DNA of 64,000 nt. Origin: an uncultured Methanosarcinaceae archaeon (GTDB taxonomy: Archaea > Halobacteriota > Methanosarcinia > Methanosarcinales > Methanosarcinaceae). Shown one piece after another: positions 22,880 through 34,784 of this stretch. How positions within the stretch are numbered: the stretch's first letter is position 1; the number at the start of each line of letters is the position of its first letter. A program made the position numbers and the translations under genes. Where the stretch lies: contig CAVSHT010000008.1 of NCBI GenBank assembly GCA_963727895.1, positions 32,001 through 96,000 of the forward strand, in the 5' to 3' direction. The notes under the pieces were generated by a model. The model had not been told where the DNA came from and did not search any database. It saw only the letters and a program-made list of their open reading frames with translations.

Positions 22880-24447
22880 AACTGGGGCTTGGAAAACTCA
22901 GGGATGTACTGAAAACAGGTTCTGGAACAGATTATGATAACGGGAAAAAAGAGCAGGTAGAAGAGAACGATAAAGCGGAAGAATTTCAGAAGATAAAAAA
23001 TGAAGAAATCAAGCCTGAGTTACTGAAGGGAAATAAAATGGAATTAAAAAAGATCGAACTGGAATCAAAAGAAGAAACTTTGTCCCCGGCAGATCGTACT
23101 GATGCCAAAAAGACAGGTCTTATTTTCTTCCCTGCCTTTGATTGGGCTATTTCGCCTACGCACCCAGAAAGAGAAGAACGTCTTCTCTATACCAGAGACC
23201 AGATTTTTGAAGAAGGACTGATGGACCTGCCAGAAATAGCTGAATATAAACCTCGCCTTGCAGAGTTAAAGGATATTGCCAGGGTTCATTTCTGTGTGCC
23301 TGATATAAAAGCCCAGGCTACAACTCCTCATCTGATCGCGGCAGGCAGTTGCCTGGTGCTTGGGGATGCCCTGATGAAGGCAGAGGTTAGAAACGCTTTT
23401 GCACTTATAAGGCCTCCTGGACACCATTCAATGACAGTAGCGCACGGGAACAGGGGGTTTTGCAATATCAATAATGAAGCCATCCTTGTGGAGTACCTGA
23501 GACAAAAATACGGAATCCACAGGATTGCAATTGTAGATACCGATGTGCATCATGGAGATGGAACTCAAGATATTTTCTATAATGATCCTGATGTGCTTTT
23601 TATCTCTTTCCATCAGGACGGAAGGACTCTTTACCCTGGCTCAGGTTTTATAGACGAACTGGGAGGCCCAAAAGCCCTTGGCAGAACTATTAATATCCCC
23701 CTGCCTCCGGGAACCCCTGATGAGGGTATACTTTACGTGCTTGATAACCTGGTGTTTCCGATTCTTGATGATTTTAAACCTGAGCTTGTCCTGAATTCAG
23801 CGGGACAGGATAACCATTATACCGATCCTCTTGCAAATATGCGTTTTTCCGCACAGGGGTATGCAAGATTGAATGAAAAACTTGCTCCAGATATGGCTGT
23901 GCTTGAAGGGGGTTACGCAATCCAGAGTGCACTTCCTTATGTAAATACAGGGATAATTCTTGCAATGGCAGGACTCGACTATTTCTGTGTAAGGGAACCT
24001 GATTTTAAACCCGGAATGTTTGTTCAGGCTTCAAGGGACAAAAAGAAACTGGAAGAAATAATTGCAGCTCAGCTTGAAAACTGGAAAAACAAAGATAAGC
24101 TTGTAGAGGCTGAAGTGGCAAAACATGGAGATTTTTACAGGCGGAAAAAACAGATCTTTTATGATACTGATATGATTCAGGAGTTCCAGGAAGAGTCTAT
24201 CAGAATGTGTCCTAATTGTCAGGGCTACAAAACCATTGATTCCCATGCCCACCAGAGTGTAAATGATACCAGGATTTTCGGAGTTTCTGTTCCAATTTAC
24301 GCCTGTGAAAATTGCCAGGCTGAAGCAAGGGAAGAGTACAGGAAAAGGCTCAATCATCCTGAATACGAATACGTTTACCTTCAGGATAAAAAAGGAGATG
24401 AGTACAGGGCATATAATATGAGGAAAAAGCAGGAAACAGTTTATTGA
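22876..24447 (+). CDS. Histone deacetylase-family protein
   Basis: RPPGHH, GFC, DTDVHHGDGTQ, SAGQD and LEGGY motifs; ATGA overlap with the upstream gene. Confidence 0.92.
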   Translation: MKLGLGKLRDVLKTGSGTDYDNGKKEQVEENDKAEEFQKIKNEEIKPELLKGNKMELKKIELESKEETLSPADRTDAKKTGLIFFPAFDWAISPTHPEREERLLYTRDQIFEEGLMDLPEIAEYKPRLAELKDIARVHFCVPDIKAQATTPHLIAAGSCLVLGDALMKAEVRNAFALIRPPGHHSMTVAHGNRGFCNINNEAILVEYLRQKYGIHRIAIVDTDVHHGDGTQDIFYNDPDVLFISFHQDGRTLYPGSGFIDELGGPKALGRTINIPLPPGTPDEGILYVLDNLVFPILDDFKPELVLNSAGQDNHYTDPLANMRFSAQGYARLNEKLAPDMAVLEGGYAIQSALPYVNTGIILAMAGLDYFCVREPDFKPGMFVQASRDKKKLEEIIAAQLENWKNKDKLVEAEVAKHGDFYRRKKQIFYDTDMIQEFQEESIRMCPNCQGYKTIDSHAHQSVNDTRIFGVSVPIYACENCQAEAREEYRKRLNHPEYEYVYLQDKKGDEYRAYNMRKKQETVY

Positions 24448-24491
24448 GATCAAAAAATCTCTTTAAACAGAAAATGAGTTGTTAAAAATAT

Positions 24492-25231
24492 GGCATTGGT
24501 ACACAAAAATAGATATATATGCTTATAACATATATTTCTTCATGAACTGCCCAAAATGTAATAGTTCCAGTCACAAAAATAATGGTATAGTTGGCGGGCG
24601 TCAACGCTACAAATGCTCTGATTGTGGATATAACTATACAGTAGAGCTAAAATCAACTGCTTTTTCCGCCTCTGTTAAAAAACAGGCTTTACAACTTTAC
24701 CTTGAAGGATTGGGCTTTCGTTCAATAGGAAGAGTTTTAGGGGTGAGTCATGTTTCTGTCCAAAAATGGATCAAGAAATTTGGTCAAGAGTGAGAGAACC
24801 TAAAAAGTGAAAGTGAGATATCTATTGTTGAAATGGATGAGATGCACACTTACATCGGTAACAAAAAAAAATATTGCTGGATCTGGATTGCTGTTGATAG
24901 AGTTGGGAAAAAGTTCATCAACTGCTCTTTTGGTAGCAGAGGAACAGAAACTGGAAAACTACTCTGGGAAAAATTGAAGAAAAAAGAGATTGGAGAAGTG
25001 ATGACAGATCACTGGAGAGCATATGCAGAGTTTATTCCTGAAACGATTCATACTCAATCAAAAGCAGAAACATTTACAGTTGAGGGATATAACAGCATAT
25101 TGAGGCACTTTTTGGCAAGGTTAAGAAGAAAGACAAAGTGTTATAAAAAAGTCTTGAAATGCTAAAGTACTCGGTTATTCTATTGATGAAATACAGAAAT
25201 AAAGAACTAGATATATTTAAGTAACAATGCC
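24492..25231 (+). mobile_element. IS1-family element, copy 4 (premature TGA at 24791)
   Basis: Terminal IRs; 8-bp target duplication AAAAATAT. Confidence 0.93.
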
Positions 25232-25866
25232 AAAAATATATAGGTATTTTTTCTTTTTTCCTGTTTATTCCTTTATTTTTCTGGTTTTTTAGCTCTGTTC
25301 TTATTTTATTCTCTTTTTTTCAATAATTACCGGATAGAGAATTAATTGTTTTAAATTTTAAGAGTCAAAATTAGAACACTTTTTGTGTAAGTACCCTTTT
25401 TGAATGAATTGCAAAAATTGTTTACATTTTTTGTTATTTGATACAGATCCGACTGTTTATCCAGGGCACTTTCTATATATATTAATTTTACTCTTGTATA
25501 TCTGAATAATTGGGCTATTCATAAATTTGTAAAAAATATAAAAACCTGGATTAGCTGGCTGGAATTTACTGAAACGCATCTCTTTATTTTTGAAGTCAGT
25601 ATTTAAATGAGTATGTGTAAAAAATAAAACGTAGTCAGCGTTAACTTATTTTTATTGTAGTTTATAAAATATTGTAAGTGGTAAAATGAGAACGTCTAAA
25701 ATAATTATAATAAGTTAATACGTTATTTTAAGGGTATTTCTTTTTAATTTCTTTATAAATAGGTTAATAAAAACCGATATGTTTATATTGTATTTGTAAT
25801 TAGTTTCTAATTAATTTGAGAATGTTATACATTTAACTTCTTTTAATATGTAGGGAGGAATTTGAA

Positions 25867-28800
25867 ATAAACAGAATAAAACTTTTATTACTAACTTTTT
25901 TAATACTTATTTTAAGCTCCGGTATTGGGGCAGCTACTGAGATTCGTGTTAGTTCTGGGGGGTCTATACAGACCGCAGTGAATAGCGCAAATCCAGGTGA
26001 TACAATCATTGTGGGTCCAGGAACTTATACTGAAAACATTGTGATAACTAAAACTAGCAATCTGGTACTTATGTCATCATCGTCAAATCTTGATGACACG
26101 ATAATTGCTTCCAACGACACAACAAAAGATGTGATTTCTGCTAGTTCCAGAACCAATCTGGTAATTAAAGGATTTACAATTAGTGGAGCTGCAGCAGACC
26201 ACTCAGGAATCCATCTAAATAGCTGCAGGGACTGTACTATTGAGAATAATAAATTTTTAAATGATGATATGGGAACATATGTAGAATCTTGTATTAATAC
26301 TATAGTACGCAACAATAAGGCTACTAGAACTGATGAATCTAAAACAGGTAGGGGAATTAACATTGAAAGATCTGCATCTACCACTGTTTCGGGTAATACA
26401 GTTTCAAGTCACAAGTTTGGAATTTATTTTGCTGGATCCCAGCCTAATACTATCTCAGGAAACAATATAACTCAGAATAACAACACAGGCATAACCTTAG
26501 AGGATTCTACGAATAGTATAATAGAAAGCAATACCGTCAGCTTGAGTGGGGATAAAGGAATCTATCTGAAAAACTCAGGCAAGAGCAGCCTGAAAAATAA
26601 TATCCTTTCTTCCAATGGAGGAAATGGGATTAATCTCGAGTTAACTAATGAAACCAAAGTTCTGGATAACATAATTTTAGGTAATGCTAAAGATACCAAT
26701 ATCCATGGTTTATTCGTGAATACATGTAGAGATAATTACCTGCAAAATAACACGGTCTCAAACTGTCAATACGGCGTAGCTATGAGATACTCCGAAAATA
26801 ACAGTTTTGTAAACAATAATGCACATGACAATGATAGAGGTTTCTACGTATCCTATACATCAAGCAGAAATACTCTTTCGGGCAATAAAGCAAATTCTAA
26901 CAATAATGGTTTTATTATAGAGCGTGGAGCAAATAATAATATTTTGGAAAAGAATGAGGTAATTTCAAATTCAGCTAGTGGAGTCTCGCTGGATAATGCT
27001 ATCAGCAATACGATATCCAATAACAACGCATCTTTAAATGCCAGAGGTATTTATTTACTCTCATCATCCAGTAAAAATACGATTATAAGCAATACTGTAA
27101 ATTCTAACAAAAACGATGGAGTTGTTCTTGAGAATACAAGTGAAAATAACGTTACTGGCAATATTGTAAATTCAAATACCAGATACGGTATTTTTGTAAC
27201 AAGTTCCAACGATAGCTCTGTAGTAAATAACATAGCACAGAACAATGTAAGGGGTATCAGCCTGCAGGGGTCATTAAAGGATATAATCTCTAAAAATACA
27301 CTTACTGACTGTTCTGGTTCTGGATTATTCCTTACGACTTCCAGTGAGAATAACCTTTCTCAAAATGTAGTTTATAGCAATGGAGAAGGTATCTCTCTTG
27401 ACTCTTCCCCAAATAACGTAATCTCAAGCAATAATGTTAGTTCAAATGGTAATGGAATTTACATGTGCCCAAGAAGTATTGGAAATACAGTTTATGATAA
27501 CTATTTTAATAATACCAAAAATGCAAACATTAAAAATAACAAAAGCAACTGGAACATCGACAAAAAATCAGGCAAAAACATTATGAGGGGACCAAATCTT
27601 GGAGGTAATTTCTGGGGAAGTCCGTCGTTTATGGGTTTCTCTGATACTAATCTTGATAACGACAGTGATGGAATTATTGATATTCCCTTCGTTTCAGAAA
27701 ACGGTATCATCCCCTACGCTAACGGTAATATCACAGATAACTATCCGTTGATACGTGTAGTAATACCAATTCCAAGCTTTGATGTAAGCACTAAAAAAGG
27801 TTTTGTCCCTCTGACGGTTCGGTTTACGGATCACTCACAAAATGCGGATTCGATAAGCTGGGATGTTAATGGTGACGGAAAACCAGACAATACAAACAGC
27901 AGTTTTACTTATGTATACACTGTTCCTGGAACCTATAACGCTATTCTTTCAGCAACCAACAAAAATAGTACAGAAACAACAACTGTACAAATAATTGCAG
28001 AGGTATTTAAAGTTCAGCCGATTGCAGACTTTAATGCCAACCCAACGAGCGGTAATGTTCCTCTTTCTGTCCAGTTCACTGACCTTTCACAAAACACCAC
28101 ATCAAGGAACTGGAACTTTGGGGATGGGGCCACTTCAACCGATCAAAGTCTATCGCATACTTACAATATAGCAGGAACTTATACTGCTACCTTAACTGCA
28201 ACAAATGAAAATGGGACTTCTTCAAAGAGTACCTCAATAACTGTTACAGAACAAAGTAGTTCAGATGATTCAGGTAGTTCAAGCAGTTCAGATGATTCAA
28301 GCAGTGGAAGCAGCCACAGCAGCAGTAGTAGTGGCGGCGGCGGTGGTGCCGGCAGTTCCCCAGAAGCTCAAAGCAATGTTGAGGTAAAAGAAATTTCACA
28401 AGGTTATGTTACAAATGGCAAGCCTGTAGAGTTTGATTTCTCCAAGAATGCAACTTGTGTTGTGTATGCAAGCTTTGATGCAAAGAAGACAGCAGGTAAG
28501 ACAACAGCAATTGCAGAACAGTTAAAAGGCAAATCAATTCTGGTTTCAGTACTGAATTCGACTGAGATCTATAAGTACTTCAACATATGGGTTGGAACCG
28601 GCGGATTTGCAACCTCAAAGAATATTGAAAATCCAGTAGTGTGCTTCAAGGTTGAAAAATCCTGGATACAGGACAAGAAAATAGATCAAAATTCAATTGT
28701 CCTCTCTAGATACAGCGACAAAAAATGGTCACAGCTTCCTACAAAACTATTGAAGGAAGATGATAAATACCTGTATTTCACGGCACAAACCCCTGAATTC

Positions 28801-29031
28801 TCGTTCTTTGCAATAACAGGAAAAGCTGTAGAAAAACAAAAAGTGGCTGAAGCAAAGTCTTCAACAAACACTTCAGGGATTAAGCAGAATAACACAACAG
28901 TAGTAAAAACTGAACAAACACAGAAGACTGAGCAGAAATCTGAGAATGGAAGTCTCACAAGCATTCCAGGATTTGAAGCGATTTCTCTTATAGCTTGTCT
29001 TCTTACAGCATTTGTGTATAAGAGGAAATAA
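25867..29031 (+). CDS. Cell-surface protein: signal peptide, NosD-type beta-helix repeats, 2 PKD, Ser/Gly linker, PGF-pre-PGF and PGF-CTERM-like anchor
   Basis: Asn-ladder repeats, GGNFW, WNFGDG and IPGFE motifs; the frame extends 5' of GTG 25978 through a signal peptide to an ATA 8 nt after GGAGG. Confidence 0.85.
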   Translation: MNRIKLLLLTFLILILSSGIGAATEIRVSSGGSIQTAVNSANPGDTIIVGPGTYTENIVITKTSNLVLMSSSSNLDDTIIASNDTTKDVISASSRTNLVIKGFTISGAAADHSGIHLNSCRDCTIENNKFLNDDMGTYVESCINTIVRNNKATRTDESKTGRGINIERSASTTVSGNTVSSHKFGIYFAGSQPNTISGNNITQNNNTGITLEDSTNSIIESNTVSLSGDKGIYLKNSGKSSLKNNILSSNGGNGINLELTNETKVLDNIILGNAKDTNIHGLFVNTCRDNYLQNNTVSNCQYGVAMRYSENNSFVNNNAHDNDRGFYVSYTSSRNTLSGNKANSNNNGFIIERGANNNILEKNEVISNSASGVSLDNAISNTISNNNASLNARGIYLLSSSSKNTIISNTVNSNKNDGVVLENTSENNVTGNIVNSNTRYGIFVTSSNDSSVVNNIAQNNVRGISLQGSLKDIISKNTLTDCSGSGLFLTTSSENNLSQNVVYSNGEGISLDSSPNNVISSNNVSSNGNGIYMCPRSIGNTVYDNYFNNTKNANIKNNKSNWNIDKKSGKNIMRGPNLGGNFWGSPSFMGFSDTNLDNDSDGIIDIPFVSENGIIPYANGNITDNYPLIRVVIPIPSFDVSTKKGFVPLTVRFTDHSQNADSISWDVNGDGKPDNTNSSFTYVYTVPGTYNAILSATNKNSTETTTVQIIAEVFKVQPIADFNANPTSGNVPLSVQFTDLSQNTTSRNWNFGDGATSTDQSLSHTYNIAGTYTATLTATNENGTSSKSTSITVTEQSSSDDSGSSSSSDDSSSGSSHSSSSSGGGGGAGSSPEAQSNVEVKEISQGYVTNGKPVEFDFSKNATCVVYASFDAKKTAGKTTAIAEQLKGKSILVSVLNSTEIYKYFNIWVGTGGFATSKNIENPVVCFKVEKSWIQDKKIDQNSIVLSRYSDKKWSQLPTKLLKEDDKYLYFTAQTPEFSFFAITGKAVEKQKVAEAKSSTNTSGIKQNNTTVVKTEQTQKTEQKSENGSLTSIPGFEAISLIACLLTAFVYKRK

Positions 29032-29355
29032 AAGTACATTTGAAAAGAAAAGATAAAAATAAAGATGAATATGAAATAACAAAATATTGAAGGAGCTTAA
29101 GCAGATCCCAAAAGATAAAATCGCAAGCGAAAGCTTTTGGGTGAAAACTTGATCCTTCACCCTATTTTTTATATTTTTACTTATTTGTGTAGTTTCCTTG
29201 TAATTTTCCAAGTAATTTTTAGAATTATTTAATTTATTTATAATTTACTTTTTACTTCATATAGGTACAACTCAATCAATATATTTATATTGTTTAGCGC
29301 TTATTTCATAATTTATTAAAGATGTTTCAGTAGAATTCTACTTTTGGATTGGGGA

Positions 29356-31662
29356 ATGAAAATGAAAAAATCAATTATTTTGTTAATAGTCGTTCTCATT
29401 TTTGCATTATTTTCGGGGATTGGGGCGGCTAAGGACATTACCGTTAATTCGACTGATTCTATACAAGCGGCTGTGAACAGTGCGGTTTCAGGCGACGTAG
29501 TTATTGTGAAACCCGGAGTATATAATGAGAATATCAAAGTTTCTACTCCGAATCTTGTAATAAGATCGGAATCAGGGAAGCCTGAAGACACAGTAATTAA
29601 AGCTATCTCAAATACAAGTGGGTTTAACGTTGCAGCAAGTAATACGACAATTAGTGGATTCAGGATTGAATCTGGAGAAAGAGGAATCTCTCTGGTTGGA
29701 TACAGTAGTTGCACAATTACTGATAATGATCTTTCGGACAATATATATGGGATATTTCTGATTAGCTCAAATAACAACAATATCTCGGGGAACCAAGCAA
29801 ACTCGAACAAAATGTTTGGAATTCACCTTGACAGTTCTGAAGGAAATATTCTATTGAATAATACTGTAAATTCAAATACAAGAGGCATTGATTCTATAGT
29901 TTCAAACAATAACAAAATTTTAAACAATATTGTTTTGAATAATAGTCAGTATGGAATGTGGATTTCTCAATCTAACGATAACAACATTTCCGGAAACACA
30001 GTTAAAGAGTGTGGTAATGGCGAAGCCGGAAGTGGCGGTATCCATCAAAATTCATCCAGCAGGAACATAATCTCCGGAAACGTTATCGCTTTTAATAAAG
30101 GTTACAGCATTTTTGAGTGCCCAGCTTGCCACAATAACCGTGTGTATAATAATTACATAAATAATGAGCGTAATGCAAATATCAAAACAAAAGATACTAC
30201 CTGGAATATAGAAAAAACCGCAGGCATAAACATTGTCGGTGGATCATATATAGGAGGTAATTTCTGGGGAACACCCGAAGGCACTGGATATTCCCAAACC
30301 GCAGCTGATAAAGATGAAAATAAGGATGGTATTATTGATTTTGCATATATTGACAGCTCAAATAATATTATCGATAACCTGCCTCTTGCACCTGTTTCCA
30401 CTCCACAACCGCCAATTCTACCTGTTGCAAACTTTAGTGCCAATATGATTAGTGGTTATGCACCACTCGCTGTACAGTTTACGGATTACTCGCAAAATGT
30501 AGTTTCCAGAAGCTGGGATATTGACAATGACGGAATCGTAGACAGCACCAATGAAAGTTTTGTCTATGTATACCAGAACCCAGGAAACTATACCGCTAAC
30601 CTTACAGTGACCAATGAAAATGGTACGAACTCAACAACGATACAAATAATGGTAGAGGAATTTAAAGTTCAGCCGATTGCAAACTTTAGTGCCAATCCAA
30701 CGAGCGGTAATGCTCCTCTTTCTGTCCAGTTCACTGACCTTTCACAAAATGCCACATCAAGGAACTGGAACTTTGGAGATGGATCCACTTCAACTGATCC
30801 GAATCCATCGCATACTTACAATACAGCAGGAACTTATACTGCTACCTTAACTGTAACAAGTGAAAATAGTACTTCTTTAAAAGGTATTTCAATAACTGTT
30901 ACAGAACAAAGCAGTTCAGATGATTCAAGCGATTCAAGCAGTGGAAGCAGTCACCACAGCAGTAGTAGTGGTGGCAGTGCCGGCAGTTCCCCAGAAGCTC
31001 AAAGCAATGTCGAGGTAAAAGAAATTTCACAATCCTATGTTACAAATGGAAAACCTGTAGAGTTTGATTTTTCCAAGAATGCAACCTGTGTTGTGTATGC
31101 AAGCTTTGATGCAAAGAAAACCGCAGGTAAGACAACAGCCATTGCAGAACAGCTAAAAGGGAAATCAATTCTGGTTTCGTTCCTGAATTCTACTGAAATC
31201 TACAAGTACTTCAACGTCTGGGTTGGAACCGGCGGATTTGCAACCTCAAAGAATATTGAAAATCCAGTTGTGTGCTTTAAGGTTGAAAAATTCTGGATAC
31301 AGGATAAGAAAATAGATCAAAATTCAATTACACTCTATAGATACAGCGACAAAAAATGGTCACAGCTTCCTACAAAACTATTGAAGGAAGATAATAAATA
31401 CCTGTATTTCACGGCACAAACCCCTGAATTCTCGTTCTTTGCAATAACAGGAAAAGCTGTAGAAAAACAAAAAGTGACTGAAGCAAAGTCTTCAACAAAC
31501 AATTCAGGGATTAAGCAGAATAACACAACAGTAGTAAAAACTGAACAAATACAGAAGACTGAGCAGAAATCTGAGAATGGAAGTCTCACAAGCATTCCAG
31601 GATTTGAAGCGATTTCTCTTATAGCCTGTATTCTTACAGCATTTCTATGTAAGAGGAAATAA
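29356..31662 (+). CDS. Paralogous cell-surface protein (NosD beta-helix, 2 PKD, PGF-pre-PGF)
   Basis: Signal peptide MKKSIILL...GIGAA; C-terminal ~1 kb nearly identical to the upstream gene. Confidence 0.88.
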   Translation: MKMKKSIILLIVVLIFALFSGIGAAKDITVNSTDSIQAAVNSAVSGDVVIVKPGVYNENIKVSTPNLVIRSESGKPEDTVIKAISNTSGFNVAASNTTISGFRIESGERGISLVGYSSCTITDNDLSDNIYGIFLISSNNNNISGNQANSNKMFGIHLDSSEGNILLNNTVNSNTRGIDSIVSNNNKILNNIVLNNSQYGMWISQSNDNNISGNTVKECGNGEAGSGGIHQNSSSRNIISGNVIAFNKGYSIFECPACHNNRVYNNYINNERNANIKTKDTTWNIEKTAGINIVGGSYIGGNFWGTPEGTGYSQTAADKDENKDGIIDFAYIDSSNNIIDNLPLAPVSTPQPPILPVANFSANMISGYAPLAVQFTDYSQNVVSRSWDIDNDGIVDSTNESFVYVYQNPGNYTANLTVTNENGTNSTTIQIMVEEFKVQPIANFSANPTSGNAPLSVQFTDLSQNATSRNWNFGDGSTSTDPNPSHTYNTAGTYTATLTVTSENSTSLKGISITVTEQSSSDDSSDSSSGSSHHSSSSGGSAGSSPEAQSNVEVKEISQSYVTNGKPVEFDFSKNATCVVYASFDAKKTAGKTTAIAEQLKGKSILVSFLNSTEIYKYFNVWVGTGGFATSKNIENPVVCFKVEKFWIQDKKIDQNSITLYRYSDKKWSQLPTKLLKEDNKYLYFTAQTPEFSFFAITGKAVEKQKVTEAKSSTNNSGIKQNNTTVVKTEQIQKTEQKSENGSLTSIPGFEAISLIACILTAFLCKRK

Positions 31663-31746
31663 ATCCGTATAAAAGAAAATAAAAATTTGACAAAAAATAA
31701 AAAGAAGTAAAGTATTATTTGAATAAAAGATGAACATTTAATCTTT

Positions 31747-32486
31747 GGTATTGTTAACTAACTATAGTTAACTCTTTATTTCTTTATTTCATCAATAGAA
31801 TAACCGAGTACTTTAGCATTTCAAGACTCTTCGTATAACACTTTGTCTTTCTTCTCAATCTTGCCAAAAAGTGCCTCAATATGCTGTTATATCCTTCAAC
31901 AGTATACGTTTCTGCTTTGGATTGAGTATGGATCTTTTCTGGAAGAAACTCTGCATATGCTCTACAGTGATCTGTCATCACTTCTCCGATCTCTTTTTTC
32001 TTCAATTTTTCCCAGAGTAATTTTCCAGTTTCCGTTCCTCTGCTGCCAAAAGAGCAGTTGATGAACTTTTTCCCAACTCTATCAACAGCAATCCAGATCC
32101 AGCAATATTTTTTTTGTTACCGATGTAAGTGTGCATCTCATCCATTTCAACAATAGATATCTCATTTTCACTTTTTAGGTTCTCTAACTCCTGACCAAAT
32201 TTCTTGATCCATTTTTGGACAGAGACGTGACTTACCCCTAAAACTCTTCCTATTGAGCGAAAGCCCAATCCTTCAAGATAGAGTTGTAAAGCCTGTCTTT
32301 TAACAGAGGCGGAAAAAGCAGTTGATTTTAGCTCTACTGTATAGTTATATCCACAATCATGGCATTTGTAACGTTGACGCCCGCCAACTATACCATTATT
32401 TTTGTGACTGGAACTATTACATTTTGGGCAGTTCATGAAGAAATATATGTTATAAGCATATATATCTATTTTTGTGTACCAATGCC
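31747..32486 (-). mobile_element. IS1-family element, copy 5
   Basis: Terminal IRs; near target duplication TAATCTTT/TGATCTTT; insB ends early. Confidence 0.92.
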
Positions 32487-32882
32487 TGATCTTTTATTTG
32501 AATCTGCTTTTTAAGCTGTTTGATCCTTAGATAGTTAAAATAGGAACAATAATCTATAGTTATATGGACTTTCTAATTAACAAGTAGAATAAAATAAGGA
32601 AGCAAAGCAAAAGAAATAAATGCAACAGTATTCCAACAATTATTTCAGAAGTTACATTATGGTCTTTTAAATACGGAATATTTTGCTTCAAACCGGAGAG
32701 GAAATTCCCAAGAAAACCTGTCATAATTATACAATCATTTTCTCCGATATATAGAATTAGGTGCTCCAATTATATTCAGCTGGTATTATTTATTAGAATC
32801 ACATTGATGTGTTAAGGGTAAACGAGGATCAAAGCCAAAGTTTACTGATGGTTCTTGTCTTAATCAAGATTGTATATTTTAT

Positions 32883-33491
32883 GGTTCCGTTGCAAAAAAT
32901 ATCTGCTAAGGATATAATTAAAATAAAAATGAAATCAAAGATAGTGATATGCTATCTAATTCCTTTAAATGGAAGCACTTTGTTGGTGAAATTATTTTAT
33001 TGAATGTTAGATGGTACTTAAAATACCCACTTAGTTATAGAAATTTAAAGGAAATGATGGCAGAAAGAGGGATAATAGTCAACCATACAACCATTATGAG
33101 ATGGGTACATCAATATTCACCTGAAATCGAAAAGAAGGTCAGAAGGCATTTAAGACCAACAAACGATTCTTGGAGAGTTGATAAAACTTATATCAGAGTT
33201 AAAGGTGAATGGAAATATTTTTACCGAGCAGTTGACTCAAATGGAGATACAATTGATTTCATGTTAAGTGCAAAACGAGACCAAAAAGCAGCGAACAGAT
33301 TCTTCAAAAAAGCTTTGAATTCTAATCATAATCAAATTCCAAGAGTAATCACAGTTGATAAAAATCCAGCTTATCCACCTGCTATAAATAAACTGAAAAA
33401 TGATAAAATACTACCTATAAACGTAGGCATTCGACAAATCAAGTATTTGAATAACATTATAGAACAAGATCATAGATCCATTAAACGAATA
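32883..33491 (+). mobile_element. IS6-family element, 3'-truncated by IS1
   Basis: Left IR GGTTCCGTTGCAAA; transposase FKWKHF...WRVDKTY...YRAVD...NNIIEQDHR. Confidence 0.9.
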
Positions 33492-34231
33492 GGTATTGCT
33501 AACTAAACATAGTTAACTCTTTATTTCTGTATTTATCAATAGAATAACCGAGTACTTTAGCATTTCAAGACTTTTTTTATAACACTTTGTCTTTCTTCTC
33601 AATCTTGCTAGAAAGTGCCTCAATATGCTGTTATATCCCTCAACTGTAAATGTTTCTGCTTTTGACTGAGTATGGATCTTTTCTGGAAGAAACTCTGCAT
33701 ATGCTCTCCAGTGATCTGTCATCACTTCTCCAATCTCTTTTTTCTTCACTTTTTCCCAGAGTAGTTTTCCAGTTTCCGTTCCTCTGCTACCAAAAGAGCA
33801 GTTGATGAACTTTTTCCCAACTCTATCAACAGCAATCCAGATCCAGCAATATTTTTTTTTGTTACCGATGTAAGTGTGCATCTCATCCATTTCAACAATA
33901 GATATCTCACTTTCACTTTTTAGGTCCTCTAACTCCTGACCAAATTTCTTTATCCATCTTTGGACAGAAACATGACTCACCCCTAAAACTCTTCCTATTG
34001 AGCGAAAGCCCAATCCTTCAAGGTAAAGTTGTAAAGCCTGTTTTTTGACAGAGGTGGAAAAAGCAGTTGATTTTAGCTTTACTGTATAGTTATAGCCACA
34101 ATCAGAGCATTTGTACCGTTGACGCCCGCCAACTATACCATTCTTTTTGTGACTGGAACTATTACATTTTGGGCAGTTCATGAAGAAATATATGTTATAA
34201 GCATATATATCTATTTTTGTGTACCAATGCC
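33492..34231 (-). mobile_element. IS1-family element, copy 6 (A9 tract gives an in-frame InsAB fusion)
   Basis: Single ORF through GNKKKYCW; no target duplication. Confidence 0.92.
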
Positions 34232-34784
34232 ATATTTTTAATGGCTGAGTTCTTATAACATTATACTTCTTGCCTAATTGTGCCAGAATAATTTTACAAA
34301 TCAATATTTTTATGTATTATTGGAACACTTAATTTATGATAGATAAATTACTTGAATGGCATTCAAACTAATTATTGCATTTTAATGTATGTACAGATAT
34401 TATAACATATTTGGCTAATAACTCTGGTTAACAAGCGCCTAATGTTCTAATTTAAATGCGTTTTAAACATAGCCTAAGCAAATTTACCTGATATACTGGT
34501 TGATATCATTAATTAATATATGATTATAGTGATTATTTATTTAGCTACGATATCTATCAAAAATTCCCTCTCTGGAAGTCTCTGGTGATGAAATAAATAT
34601 ATTTTTTCATGAATTGCTTAAAAAGTGAAATGAAGTATACTTTCGCGATTTAGAAACATTTCTTTGAAATTTCCGATAACTAAAAATCTCTATATTTCCG
34701 GCTTCATATAATACCTGTTTACAGTGTATATTAAGCATTGGCTGGCATAATTTATCTCAAAGCTACATATTCTGGTTGTTAAAA

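Noticed and set aside
19302..25231. Composite transposon formed by IS1 copies 3 and 4
   Set aside because: Copy 4 has its own 8-bp target duplication and the outer flanks do not match.
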